Shown: positions 26,157-34,501, numbered from the stretch's first letter. The stretch: DNA of 34,501 nucleotides from a virus (IMGVR_UViG_3300030392_001937:1-34501); one strand, 5' to 3'. The notes: generated from the sequence alone by a model not told the origin. Made by a program: numbers and translations.

Positions 26157-26473
26157 ACCTAGTCATAGGTGACTATATCGAATTCACGTTGCCACAATTC
26201 CAAGGCGGGTCATTCGCATCCCAAGGCCGCTATCGCTCAAGCCGTGGGGCAACCTACGTTGGGGACCAGGTCTTCCGGGGGACAATCGAGCGGGACTGGT
26301 ACGACACCAACCGCCGTCACTGGTTCTCCATCCGACTCACCAACGGCAAGCTCAAGCGGGTCCAAGGCAAGAACCTTTACCCTGGCGTCACCACCCAACG
26401 CCGTGGGGAGGACCATGACGTTGCTGCGGCTGGCAAGGCGGCTGGCAAACAGTTCAGAAAAGAGGTGGCATAG
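26153..26473 (+). CDS. Hypothetical protein
   Basis: TTG start at 26153 overlapping the upstream TGA, with AGGAGG RBS. Confidence 0.65.
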   Translation: MNLVIGDYIEFTLPQFQGGSFASQGRYRSSRGATYVGDQVFRGTIERDWYDTNRRHWFSIRLTNGKLKRVQGKNLYPGVTTQRRGEDHDVAAAGKAAGKQFRKEVA

Positions 26474-26572
26474 GCACACAACGCCCAACCCTAGGCCCCC
26501 ACCGGATACGTGGCTGTACGGCTACTGTGGGGGCATTACCGGACGATTAAACCATGAGGAGGGAGTGACATT

Positions 26573-26770
26573 ATGACCAGGAAGTTTGAAAAGATCACGC
26601 TGACGACCTGTCTGGACACCTACGGCTCGAAACACGCTGCGGCGATGACCGCCCTCGATGAACTGATTCCTCTGATCGAAAAGTACTGTACCGAAGTGAC
26701 CCTGATCGATTATGACCTCGAAGGGGAATACGAGCTCCTCCTCAGGCCTACCGAGGAGGAGGAGAGATGA
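26573..26770 (+). CDS. Hypothetical protein
   Basis: GAGGAGGGAG upstream; ATGA-coupled to the next gene. Confidence 0.65.
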   Translation: MTRKFEKITLTTCLDTYGSKHAAAMTALDELIPLIEKYCTEVTLIDYDLEGEYELLLRPTEEEER

Positions 26771-27159
26771 CTGCACGCGAGGCGTTGGGCTTTATCGCCG
26801 CACTATCACGCCAAGAAACGGATGACCTCTACGCAACTGAGGCCGATGAACTCATGGACGAGATGGATGTTTCGGAAAAGTTGCGAGAGCTTGTGGTCGC
26901 AGACGTAGCGGGAGGGCAATACCAGTGCTCCGATTGTTTCCCCGATGGGTGCGGAGAATCCGCCGAGGAACACAACGCCACTGGGAGAGAGATCAGCATG
27001 GGCATGGGCGACCTCCCCATGGGGGACCGGAGTGGGTGGGCAGGTTTTGTGCGGAAGGAACGGTACGCTTCCGATGTCTGGGATCAACCTGTTTCCCGCA
27101 TAGCGTTAATCCATGAGATAGCCACGACCAGGAGGAGGAGTGATGGCAACGACAAGTGA
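26767..27159 (+). CDS. Hypothetical protein (CxxC)
   Basis: GGAGGAG RBS; CSDC...C...H. Confidence 0.65.
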   Translation: MTAREALGFIAALSRQETDDLYATEADELMDEMDVSEKLRELVVADVAGGQYQCSDCFPDGCGESAEEHNATGREISMGMGDLPMGDRSGWAGFVRKERYASDVWDQPVSRIALIHEIATTRRRSDGNDK

Positions 27160-27421
27160 TCTGAGAGTTTGTCAATCATGCTGGGGCAATCGTCCGGTGG
27201 GGAGTCATAATTGTATGGGTGTGTGGTTTTCGGAAATCGAACGACGGTTGGTGGTTTGCCACTGTACCTGCGTGGAAATGTATCTCAAGTGGGATGCGCT
27301 GAGGGTCAAGGCCTATGCTGATGCCTACCCACCGACAGAGAAACACAGCGACCTAACCACCATCGACCACGGCCACGATATGGGCGAGAGATGGCTCTCA
27401 GACCCGTTCGGCGAGGAGTGA
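27140..27421 (+). CDS. Cys-rich hypothetical protein
   Basis: AGGAGGAG RBS; CQSC...HNC...CHCTC. Confidence 0.65.
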   Translation: MMATTSDLRVCQSCWGNRPVGSHNCMGVWFSEIERRLVVCHCTCVEMYLKWDALRVKAYADAYPPTEKHSDLTTIDHGHDMGERWLSDPFGEE

Positions 27422-27423
27422 CT

Positions 27424-27618
27424 ATGAGAATCAAGATTCAAACGCAGGCCCGTGACCTACACGACGCCATCGATGCAGCCTGGCAACGAGAGCGCCATGA
27501 GGCGAGATGCCCTGAGTGCGACGGCACCGAACTCTCCGAGGACACGGGTATATGCTGGGGTTGCTCAGCCCGGGATTACCTCGAGGACGGGGTGCCCACA
27601 GCCGAGCTCGGCCCCTAG
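27424..27618 (+). CDS. Small zinc-ribbon protein
   Basis: GAGGAG RBS, ATG 27424; CPEC...CWGC. Confidence 0.6.
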   Translation: MRIKIQTQARDLHDAIDAAWQRERHEARCPECDGTELSEDTGICWGCSARDYLEDGVPTAELGP

Positions 27619-27673
27619 CTACAAAATTGCTCAGATTGCCCTCCAGCCGTAGCTGAGTTCTGCCGGGGCCGAC

Positions 27674-27702
27674 TTGACATCGGGTGTGCACTGTGCCAGA
27701 AT
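27674..27702 (+). promoter_or_regulatory. Sigma70-like promoter
   Basis: TTGACA-N17-CAGAAT with an extended TG. Confidence 0.65.
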
Positions 27703-27766
27703 AGCTCAGCGGGTTGGCACCGACAGCCCACAATCAGGGTGGCGACCAACGCCAGGGGGAGAGGAC

Positions 27767-28234
27767 ATGGCGCATGAACATTGCTATACCCGAAACCCTA
27801 TCGACGTAGTGAGGCGGAGCATCCACCGACCGGATAGAGGTGTGAAGGTGCGCGTCTACCAATGCACGTGTGGGGATTGGCCCCCACAAGAGGCCGCTTT
27901 GGTTGCTCGAGAGGTTGCACGGAGGGAGGCGCACATAGTCTCGGACTGGGAGGCCATGTGCAGAGGCAGGCATACATCATGGCGTGAGTGTACCTGTGGG
28001 AACACCCCGGAAAATCCGCCCAAGGGTCTGAAGAGGTCTAATCTGTTCTGGCGAGACCACTACGACCGCTACGACGAGTGCACCTGCGAGGTGGATGACT
28101 ACCAGTGTCTGCTCGCTGACGCTAAGCACTACGCAGACGAGACCGAGAGCAGTATGCCCGGTTGTGGGCCAATCATACGCAGTGCCAAGCGTGTCGTCGC
28201 CCGTTGGCGAGGGTTGGAGCGGGGAGATGACTAA
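27767..28234 (+). CDS. Cys-rich hypothetical protein
   Basis: GGAGAGGA RBS, ATG 27767; three CTC(G/E) motifs. Confidence 0.65.
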   Translation: MAHEHCYTRNPIDVVRRSIHRPDRGVKVRVYQCTCGDWPPQEAALVAREVARREAHIVSDWEAMCRGRHTSWRECTCGNTPENPPKGLKRSNLFWRDHYDRYDECTCEVDDYQCLLADAKHYADETESSMPGCGPIIRSAKRVVARWRGLERGDD

Positions 28235-28436
28235 AAGGCACTGGAAGGATAGCTGGAATCGGCACAGAACCAAACGACTGGTCCTGTCCTGCACGCCGGA
28301 GGAGGCGACGCTGGTGCGGGACATGGCGAACGAGCGGGGGGAGACAGTCCAGAGCTACCTGATGGCACTTGTGCTACGAGCAGCAGCCCGTAGCAGACGG
28401 GCCGCCATCAGCCAGGAGGAGGAAGGAAGAATATGA
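28227..28436 (+). CDS. Putative ribbon-helix-helix DNA-binding protein
   Basis: TKRLVLSCTPEEATLVRDMANERGETVQSYLMALV fits the RHH pattern; start at ATG 28227. Confidence 0.65.
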   Translation: MTKRHWKDSWNRHRTKRLVLSCTPEEATLVRDMANERGETVQSYLMALVLRAAARSRRAAISQEEEGRI

Positions 28437-28843
28437 AATCCAAACAATTCGCCAAGCTCGTGGGGGGCGGCTGCCGACATAAGGGAGGCTCGGCCAACCC
28501 TGCGTGCTGGCACAGTTGGGGGACCGTGGCATTGACGTTCCGAGACGGGTCGATCCTGGTTCGGAATAGACACGGCCATGTGCGAAGGCTGCTGAAATTC
28601 GTATACGAGAGCGGCACGCCGCAGGAGGAGGTGGATACCACCGGGCAGCTCGTCGGCCTCGACCCTAAATCGAGGTACGACATCCTCGATGGTGCCACCG
28701 GAGCGTGGGTGGCTCGGAGTGTTCAAGGTGCGCAGGCAGAGAGTGGAACGTGGGCGGTGGGCGATGAGGCGTGGCCTGTGGGGGAGGAGCTATTCCGTGA
28801 TGCGCCTGCCGCCGTTGCGGTGCTCCGGGAAACACGATGCTAG
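28433..28843 (+). CDS. Hypothetical protein
   Basis: ATGA-coupled; purine-rich RBS. Confidence 0.6.
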   Translation: MKSKQFAKLVGGGCRHKGGSANPACWHSWGTVALTFRDGSILVRNRHGHVRRLLKFVYESGTPQEEVDTTGQLVGLDPKSRYDILDGATGAWVARSVQGAQAESGTWAVGDEAWPVGEELFRDAPAAVAVLRETRC

Positions 28844-29403
28844 ACTGCGGGAGATGCCGGCACCCCCAGGATCATCATGGTGACCGTAGCTGTGACGGGT
28901 CGTGGGAGGCGATCAGCGAGACCTGCGGCTGCGCTGGGTTCATGTGGCCTGACGAGGGACTCGCCCCCACCACGCCGCCATGCTCCACCTGCCGACACCC
29001 CAAAAGTTGGCACACAAGCAACTGCATGGGCAACTGCCCATGCGACATACGCCATTACGAGGAGGACCTTATGACCGACGATAAGACACGTGACCTGGCC
29101 CAGCAGACTGCCCAGTTGGTAGACGAGCTCGCCGCTCGGCTAGACGACCTCAGTGAGACTATCCGAGTGATGCGGCAAACCAGTGAGGTCCACCCGGCCC
29201 GGTACAGGGCCAACATGACCTCCACCTCGAAGGGTTTGCCCTCCCACGACGTAACCGTGGACTCCCAGGACTCCGGCATAGGCGCTGAGGCGGTCGAGAT
29301 TCTCAAGGTAGCCATGTTTGAGCGTGCAGTGGCCCGATACCCCCACGGCGTGGCAATCGAACCTGATCTTAACGAGGACATCACTCAGGAGGACTACCGA
29401 TGA
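28837..29403 (+). CDS. Hypothetical protein: Cys/His-rich N-part plus coiled-coil C-part, with possible internal start at 29071
   Basis: Two CxxCRHPxxxH...C units; internal GAGGAGG-N5-ATG in frame. Confidence 0.6.
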   Translation: MLDCGRCRHPQDHHGDRSCDGSWEAISETCGCAGFMWPDEGLAPTTPPCSTCRHPKSWHTSNCMGNCPCDIRHYEEDLMTDDKTRDLAQQTAQLVDELAARLDDLSETIRVMRQTSEVHPARYRANMTSTSKGLPSHDVTVDSQDSGIGAEAVEILKVAMFERAVARYPHGVAIEPDLNEDITQEDYR

Positions 29404-29594
29404 CCGAGGTTGCACTGACTACGGCCGAGGTGTCACGGAGGCTGGGCTATACAGACCAGACCTACCAGGCCGTAATACGTTTGATCAGGAGCGGCAGGCT
29501 GGCGGGGTTTCGGCTTTCCGGGCGGTACTGGCGCGTGATGGAATCCGACCTGGAGGCGTTCATCTCGCACCAAAGGGCGGCCACCGACACCTAA
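29400..29594 (+). CDS. Excisionase-like (HTH_17/MerR-type) DNA-binding protein
   Basis: LTTAEVSRRLG...RLIRSGRLAGFRLSGRYWRVMESDLEAFI. Confidence 0.8.
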   Translation: MTEVALTTAEVSRRLGYTDQTYQAVIRLIRSGRLAGFRLSGRYWRVMESDLEAFISHQRAATDT

Positions 29595-30004
29595 TCTGAG
29601 TAGGTAATGCCTACATGGACGCTGTGCTCGTATGCCCACGCCTTTTGGGACCGGACCCAGTAGACCTGAGCATCGTCGCGAAACGCTACGCGGTTCAGGG
29701 CATCGAGCACAGCGCCCAGTACGTTGTTGACGTCTGGCTTCACCAAGGAGGGCTCGCCTTCCATCTCGGCCTTGCGCTTCTTCGACCAGCCCTTCGGCAT
29801 GGCACGGCCGATCAGCACCGAGACCTCGACTCCCCCCTCGTAGTCGGCCCGTGCCTGGAGGCCAGCCTCGACAGCATGGGCGGTCACACGTTCTACGAAC
29901 CCGCCTGGGTCAGGGGTGTACGTGTGGGCACCGCCACGTGTGACCCGAGGCCGCGCCTTCCCCCGAGCCTCTCCCGGCACCCGGAACCCCACGTACGAAC
30001 TCAT
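29591..30004 (-). CDS. rusA: RusA-family Holliday junction resolvase with non-canonical active site
   Basis: VPGEARGKARPRV, YTP and KPDVNNVLGAVLDALNRVAFRDDAQV; start at ATG 30004 with GGAGGG upstream. Confidence 0.88.
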   Translation of the reverse strand: MSSYVGFRVPGEARGKARPRVTRGGAHTYTPDPGGFVERVTAHAVEAGLQARADYEGGVEVSVLIGRAMPKGWSKKRKAEMEGEPSLVKPDVNNVLGAVLDALNRVAFRDDAQVYWVRSQKAWAYEHSVHVGITYSD

Positions 30005-30165
30005 CCCTGCCCTCCGTTCCAAGTCTCTCGCTTGGAACGGTTCCTCGGACGATCCCATGTCGCCACGCCACAGTTTGGACACCTTCTGACATCAGAGATG
30101 CGAGGAACCCAACTGTACTCGCAGTTGGTGCAACTCAGCCTCGGCAGCTTTATCAAATTCGGCAT
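30001..30165 (-). CDS. Small zinc-finger protein
   Basis: AAGGAG RBS, ATG 30165; CTNCEYSWVPR...CPNCG...WD. Confidence 0.7.
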   Translation of the reverse strand: MPNLIKLPRLSCTNCEYSWVPRISDVRRCPNCGVATWDRPRNRSKRETWNGGQG

Positions 30166-30175
30166 ATAGATCTCC

Positions 30176-30204
30176 TTGACGTACATCACATGGTACTGTA
30201 CCCT
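30176..30204 (+). promoter_or_regulatory. Possible promoter for the helicase operon
   Basis: TTGACG-N17-TACCCT in the divergent gap, ending 7 nt before ATG 30212 (would be near-leaderless). Confidence 0.45.
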
Positions 30205-30211
30205 GGGGTGC

Positions 30212-30550
30212 ATGTCAAACCCTATCGACCCTGAGAGGTTGGAGGCCGCACTCTATGCCATGCGTGATGCGATGGTGGATCTTCAGAGCCAGAACAACGA
30301 CCTCCGTACCCGGCTGTTGCTGCTGGAACTGACCAGTCATGCTTTTTTCAAGGACCACGCCTACAACGACTGGTTCTACTCGTCGGCTGGAGTGGTCGCC
30401 GCCTACAATGGCCTCCACGCGCACGAGGATGGCTTTACAGCGGCCCGCAGCATCGAGGACGTCCCAAAGTGGCTGAGAGAGGCGAACGTGCAGTATCAAC
30501 GCAAGCCCACGGGCCAACGCCTGGACGACCGCTACAAGGGGGAGGCATGA
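30212..30550 (+). CDS. Hypothetical coiled-coil protein
   Basis: MSNPIDPERLE...; ATGA-coupled to the helicase gene. Confidence 0.65.
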   Translation: MSNPIDPERLEAALYAMRDAMVDLQSQNNDLRTRLLLLELTSHAFFKDHAYNDWFYSSAGVVAAYNGLHAHEDGFTAARSIEDVPKWLREANVQYQRKPTGQRLDDRYKGEA

Positions 30551-31845
30551 ACCTCACTGTCAACGGGGATGTGGTCAGGTACGTCACGCAGTTGGCCGGT
30601 GATGGCTCGGTGCGATTTGAGGTCACCAAGCTCCGAGAGGAACACACCGGCGTCCACGGCCTGCTCCGCATCATCCACAACACCACGGTTCTGGCCCAGA
30701 CCATCCTGAACATCGAGAAGGACGACCAGCGGGCCAAGCTAGTCAACAGCGCATGGGAGTTCCAGTTCGGGTCATGGCGCACCACGGGGACATGGACTCA
30801 CCCCGACGGTTCGCTCTACGGCCGTCTAGACCTCAAGCACCAACTCGACCAGTTTTGCGGCAAAGCATGGGACTTCCTCACCAACTCATACGGCACCGAA
30901 ATCCTTGAACACGACCTCTCAACCGAGCCCCCACCTCTCCGGTTCCTGCTTGACCCGTACCTGATCGAACGCGGGGGCACTCTGGTATTCGCTAGCGGTG
31001 GGTCCGGCAAGTCCTACCTCGTGCAAGCCTGGGCCATCTGCATCGCCTCAGACCTGGCTCACATCTGGCCCGTAACCCAAGCACCTGTCCTCTACATCAA
31101 CCTGGAACGCTCAGATAGTGAGTTGTTGCGCCGAGAATATTACCTAGCCGCAGCCCTTGGGCTGCCTGCACAGCGCACCGGCGTCAAGTATCTACATATG
31201 CGAGGGCAAGGGCTAACAGCAGCCCTCCGCCGGGCCGAGCCTTGGGTCAAGGATCACCCCAGGGCACTGGTGATCCTAGACTCAGTGTCTCGCGCTGGCC
31301 TCGGTGGCTCCCTAATCGACGATGAGCCTGCCAACAAGTTCATCGACATGATGGGGTCCCTTGGTGCCACATGGCTGGGTATCGGCCACACATCGAAGGC
31401 TTCGGGCGACCGCATCTTCGGGTCGGTCCACTATGAGAACGGCGCCGATATCGCCATCAAGCTGTCCTCCGAAGAGAAAGATACCAAGACCGGCTTCAGT
31501 CTGGGTATGTCCCTCCAAATCACCAAGGTCAACAACGGTAGAAAGACCAAGCCCGCGAACTATGCACTGGAATGGAACGGCACCGGGAACCTCTCAAACA
31601 TCCGCGCCGCATCGGAGGTGGAGTTTCCTGACCTTTTCCTTGATCGCAAGGCCGGGCGGACCGAGCGAGTAGTCGATTATCTCAGAGCCATAGGCTCTGC
31701 CACCCAAGCCCAGATAGTCGAGGCCACCGGACTTGATACCCCAGCCGTCAGCAAGATGATGAACTTGGCCGACGGGCAGTTTGTCAGGCTCCCCCAGAAA
31801 CAAAACGGGGCCTACCTGTACGGGTTGAGGGCCGAGGGTTCATGA
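30547..31845 (+). CDS. RecA-fold (AAA_25/RepA-like) helicase with C-terminal HTH
   Basis: GGAGG RBS, ATG 30547; Walker A ASGGSGKS, VLYINLE, Walker B LVILDS, GHTSK...FGS, KVNNG; C-terminal ATQAQIVEATGLDTPAVSKMM. Confidence 0.85.
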   Translation: MNLTVNGDVVRYVTQLAGDGSVRFEVTKLREEHTGVHGLLRIIHNTTVLAQTILNIEKDDQRAKLVNSAWEFQFGSWRTTGTWTHPDGSLYGRLDLKHQLDQFCGKAWDFLTNSYGTEILEHDLSTEPPPLRFLLDPYLIERGGTLVFASGGSGKSYLVQAWAICIASDLAHIWPVTQAPVLYINLERSDSELLRREYYLAAALGLPAQRTGVKYLHMRGQGLTAALRRAEPWVKDHPRALVILDSVSRAGLGGSLIDDEPANKFIDMMGSLGATWLGIGHTSKASGDRIFGSVHYENGADIAIKLSSEEKDTKTGFSLGMSLQITKVNNGRKTKPANYALEWNGTGNLSNIRAASEVEFPDLFLDRKAGRTERVVDYLRAIGSATQAQIVEATGLDTPAVSKMMNLADGQFVRLPQKQNGAYLYGLRAEGS

Positions 31846-31896
31846 AATCTTTGCTCGACAATTATCTGACAACAATTGGAGAATGAGAAGGTGGGA

Positions 31897-31945
31897 CAAT
31901 TATTATTGTTGTCCCTCTTTCTCTTAGAGGCAACAATAATAATTG
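31897..31945. repeat. AT-rich inverted repeat with 15-bp perfect arms; candidate origin
   Basis: CAATTATTATTGTTG (31897-31911) and CAACAATAATAATTG (31931-31945), plus inner CCTCT/AGAGG. Confidence 0.85.
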
Positions 31946-31967
31946 GGGACTAGCGGAGGGGGATAGG

Positions 31968-32207
31968 ATGTCGGAGATTATGTTTGTGGACGCCAATCGA
32001 GATGTAACCCAGGTGGAACTGCTGGCGTCGTGCCGGGAGATGCTGGCCGTCCTGAAGGCAGAGTGGATGATCGAGGGCGAGTTGGGAGACGAGCTGTGCC
32101 TGAGAACCTCGTGCTTCGATGCGTGGGGGGTCATTGCGGACGGCCACACACTCGAGTGCCCTATCGGCCGAGCTCAGGCCGCTATATCCAGGGCCGAGAA
32201 GGGCTAG
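31968..32207 (+). CDS. Hypothetical protein
   Basis: GGAGGGGG upstream; C...C...H...C motif. Confidence 0.6.
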   Translation: MSEIMFVDANRDVTQVELLASCREMLAVLKAEWMIEGELGDELCLRTSCFDAWGVIADGHTLECPIGRAQAAISRAEKG

Positions 32208-32512
32208 GGGACCTGGTGGCACTCACATGGGCACCAATAGTTCACCCGGCCGGGTGCTCTGGCGGATCGCCCGGTGCAACGCCTATGAGTCCCTATCCGG
32301 CAGCCGTAGGACGTCGGCGGGTTCTCGGCGACCTGAGTTGCGGCGGCAGAGGGTAGCTGACGTTCCAATTCCCCCTGGCAGCGGGACGTCTCCAAAAGGT
32401 CCGCGGCGGGCGGCCCATAGTCCTGATAGCCGCACATGACGCAGGCCTGCACTGCCATTGATGGGTCCCAGGACTCACGGAGCCGTTCTCCACAACGCGG
32501 GCAGGTGCTCAC
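32204..32512 (-). CDS. Zinc-ribbon hypothetical protein
   Basis: GTG 32512 overlapping the upstream TGA; CPRCG...CVMCG and C-terminal CPCECH. Confidence 0.6.
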   Translation of the reverse strand: MSTCPRCGERLRESWDPSMAVQACVMCGYQDYGPPAADLLETSRCQGELERQLPSAAATQVAENPPTSYGCRIGTHRRCTGRSARAPGRVNYWCPCECHQVP

Positions 32513-32778
32513 TCCCTCTTCGCCCGGATACATAGCCGACACAGCCCCGTGATGTTCCGCTTCCGGTAGTAGCGGGGTGCCCCACACGATGTGCACAGCC
32601 CTTTCGGCTCGCGCTGGTGGTACCGGTCGTTCCAATGGGTCCGGCCGGTGTTGCGATACAGCCGGTGGACCCACTGACGGCTGCATCCGATGATCTGGGA
32701 GATCTCGTCGAGCGTCATGCGCTGCCGAGCGGCCTCGTCAACGATATCGAGGAACGCCTCCAGGTAGCGGGAACTCAC
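32509..32778 (-). CDS. HTH plus zinc-finger DNA-binding protein
   Basis: MTLDEISQIIGCSRQWVHRLY and CTSCG...CRLC. Confidence 0.75.
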   Translation of the reverse strand: MSSRYLEAFLDIVDEAARQRMTLDEISQIIGCSRQWVHRLYRNTGRTHWNDRYHQREPKGLCTSCGAPRYYRKRNITGLCRLCIRAKRE

Positions 32779-33746
32779 TCCGCCGCCGCCTCACATAGCC
32801 TGGTCGCTGTGGCCATGTCGTGGCCCTCCTCACTGAGGTATGCTGGCAGGCTCATGCCTCCGAGCCTCTCCTGGACCCACGTCCTGCGGTCCGAGGCGGG
32901 GAGCTCAGGGAGGAGAGTACGGTCGATCCACATCCAGAACGCTGTGACGCCTGGGGTGGGAGACTCCGACTCAAACAGGTCCTCCTGCTTTTCTTCGATT
33001 TGGATAGAGGCCATGTGAGCCCGCTGCTCGGGGCCATCGGGCTGCTCTGGCATCTGCGTGGCTGTACGGGGCCCCTGGGCAGGCTCAGAGGCGTCGTCTT
33101 CGTTGTGCCACTTGCCGGTGTCGGCTACAGGATGAGCGTAGCCACGCATCCGGCCTCGTTTGAAGAAATCTGTCTCGTGCTCAGCGCAGAAATGCTGGCC
33201 GTTGGTGGGGGCGGGCGCTACTCCTCGGGACTCCTGACGAGGCTCCACGGCATCGGAGCTCTGCATCTCATGGGCAGGCGTCCCAGAGTAGCCAGCCAAC
33301 GCGACGATCCAGGCATATTTGGTCCTGGCCGCCTTTGCCACTGCCCAGGTCTGCGCCGCAGATTTCGCCGCTCGGTGCTTGCCCCTGCCCTGCTGGCCGC
33401 GAGTCGGGAACTCGTCCATCCCGCACTCCATCTCGCCAGCGGCCACCGTCTCCCCGTTCTTTTGGATGATGGCCCGGGCCTCGTAGGCGATGGTCTCGCC
33501 ATTCTCCACGATGGGGCGCACCCACTCGATGATGGGGACCGCCATGTCGAGAGAGATGACCGTTTCCCACCCCTCTGCTCGGACGTGCTTTTTGCCGTTG
33601 ATGATGGTAAATAGCCCCTGCCCTTCAATCACACCGTTTAAGGCGTCGGCTATCTGCGTGGCGTAGGCCACCATCTCGTTCGGGTCAGGCCTCGCCATCT
33701 CAACCGGCTTTTCGGACATCGTCACCATCGTGGTGTCAGTGGTCAT
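32775..33746 (-). CDS. Putative single-strand annealing/recombination protein
   Basis: GGAGG RBS; IINGKKHVRAEGW...AKSAAQTWAVAKAAR...LAGYSGTPAHEM is a recurrent phage replication-module family; function is inferred. Confidence 0.5.
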   Translation of the reverse strand: MTTDTTMVTMSEKPVEMARPDPNEMVAYATQIADALNGVIEGQGLFTIINGKKHVRAEGWETVISLDMAVPIIEWVRPIVENGETIAYEARAIIQKNGETVAAGEMECGMDEFPTRGQQGRGKHRAAKSAAQTWAVAKAARTKYAWIVALAGYSGTPAHEMQSSDAVEPRQESRGVAPAPTNGQHFCAEHETDFFKRGRMRGYAHPVADTGKWHNEDDASEPAQGPRTATQMPEQPDGPEQRAHMASIQIEEKQEDLFESESPTPGVTAFWMWIDRTLLPELPASDRRTWVQERLGGMSLPAYLSEEGHDMATATRLCEAAAE

Positions 33747-33799
33747 CGTCGCCTCCCTCCATTGAACTTCGCCGTCCTATCTGCCCATCCTTGCCAAAT

Positions 33800-33840
33800 A
33801 TAGTAACGGATGTCAAGCTCCGTGTCAATCATTTTGTCAA
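33800..33840 (-). promoter_or_regulatory. Sigma70-like promoter within three TTGACA direct repeats
   Basis: Minus strand TTGACA (33828-33823)-N17-TACTAT (33805-33800); extra TTGACA copies 12 bp either side. Confidence 0.7.
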
Positions 33841-33968
33841 GTGGATGGGGCAAAAAGAAGACCTCCGGGGGAGAGGCAACCCGGAGGCCTTGGTGAGGGT
33901 GGGAGATATCCTCAAGATACCCTTACTTCTGCCATCTGTCAACTTGCACGGCACGGCGAGCGCACAGG

Positions 33969-34328
33969 TTACCTAATAAAGGTCGAGGTCGCCCTGCCGC
34001 AGACGCCGCAGACGCCGATCATACGCCTCCGCTGCGTGGACCCCACAGGGACTACGTCTACCTGCCGAACTGGCTGGTGAGAGCGGCAGGAAACGCAAAA
34101 CACCTCCGCCCACGAGGATGCAAATAGCGACCGAACCCAACTGACCAGAATCCCCGGCCCATATCGCCGAGGGGCTGCGGACGTGGGCAACCCCTGGGCC
34201 GCTAGCAACTGGCGGACCCGCTCCCGGCTGATACCGACCTCGGCGCCAATCTCTCCCAGCGTCCAGTCGGGGTGCTCCCCCCGTATCGCGGCGACCCTGG
34301 CACGGCTATGCATCACTCTGGAGAACAT
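33969..34328 (-). CDS. HTH (sigma70 region-4-like) fused to a DUF5679-like zinc ribbon
   Basis: WTLGEIGAEVGISRERVRQLL and FCVSCR...IGVCGVCG. Confidence 0.7.
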   Translation of the reverse strand: MFSRVMHSRARVAAIRGEHPDWTLGEIGAEVGISRERVRQLLAAQGLPTSAAPRRYGPGILVSWVRSLFASSWAEVFCVSCRSHQPVRQVDVVPVGSTQRRRMIGVCGVCGRATSTFIR

Positions 34329-34501
34329 CCTTGCTCATAGCGATCACCTCATTCGCTTTCCAGCACTTTGAGTCCGAGAGCGACTATGCCCGATGTGCAG
34401 GCTGTTACAACTGCGATATATTCGACCGACGGCTGGATCAGAGCCATCCCGGATATTATGCCCAGGGCCAGAATCGCGAGTGCGATCTGTGGCCTTACCT
34501 T

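Noticed and set aside
29400-29594. Evidence of an integrated prophage
   Set aside because: An excisionase-like HTH alone is insufficient; no integrase, att site or host genes are visible.
32820-33614. 264-aa plus-strand ORF
   Set aside because: Antisense shadow of the 32775-33746 gene.

Overview
This window is part of a tailed dsDNA phage genome, probably podovirus-like; the host cannot be determined. Minus-strand late operon (about 20850 down to 1): small terminase candidate, large terminase, portal, two ~1120-aa probable internal virion proteins, scaffold, major capsid, two Cys/His-rich genes, a decoration-like protein, a sugar-modification cassette, and a tail-fibre-like gene running off the left edge. 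The cassette holds two sialyltransferase/Maf-like proteins, an FkbM methyltransferase and a NeuB-family nonulosonate synthase. A repeat-rich, apparently non-coding divergence region (about 20850-21950) may hold the packaging site or genome end. A plus-strand early region (about 21950-29600) has sigma70-like promoters, many small genes joined by repeated junction sequences, a GP88-like radical-SAM-type gene and a candidate permuted twister ribozyme. The right end encodes a RusA with altered catalytic residues, a RecA-fold helicase followed by an AT-rich palindrome, a putative annealing protein and HTH/Zn proteins. Best candidate for a new system: phage-encoded nonulosonic-acid (sialic-acid-like) virion glycosylation. 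All family calls come from motif recognition by eye, not from database searches.
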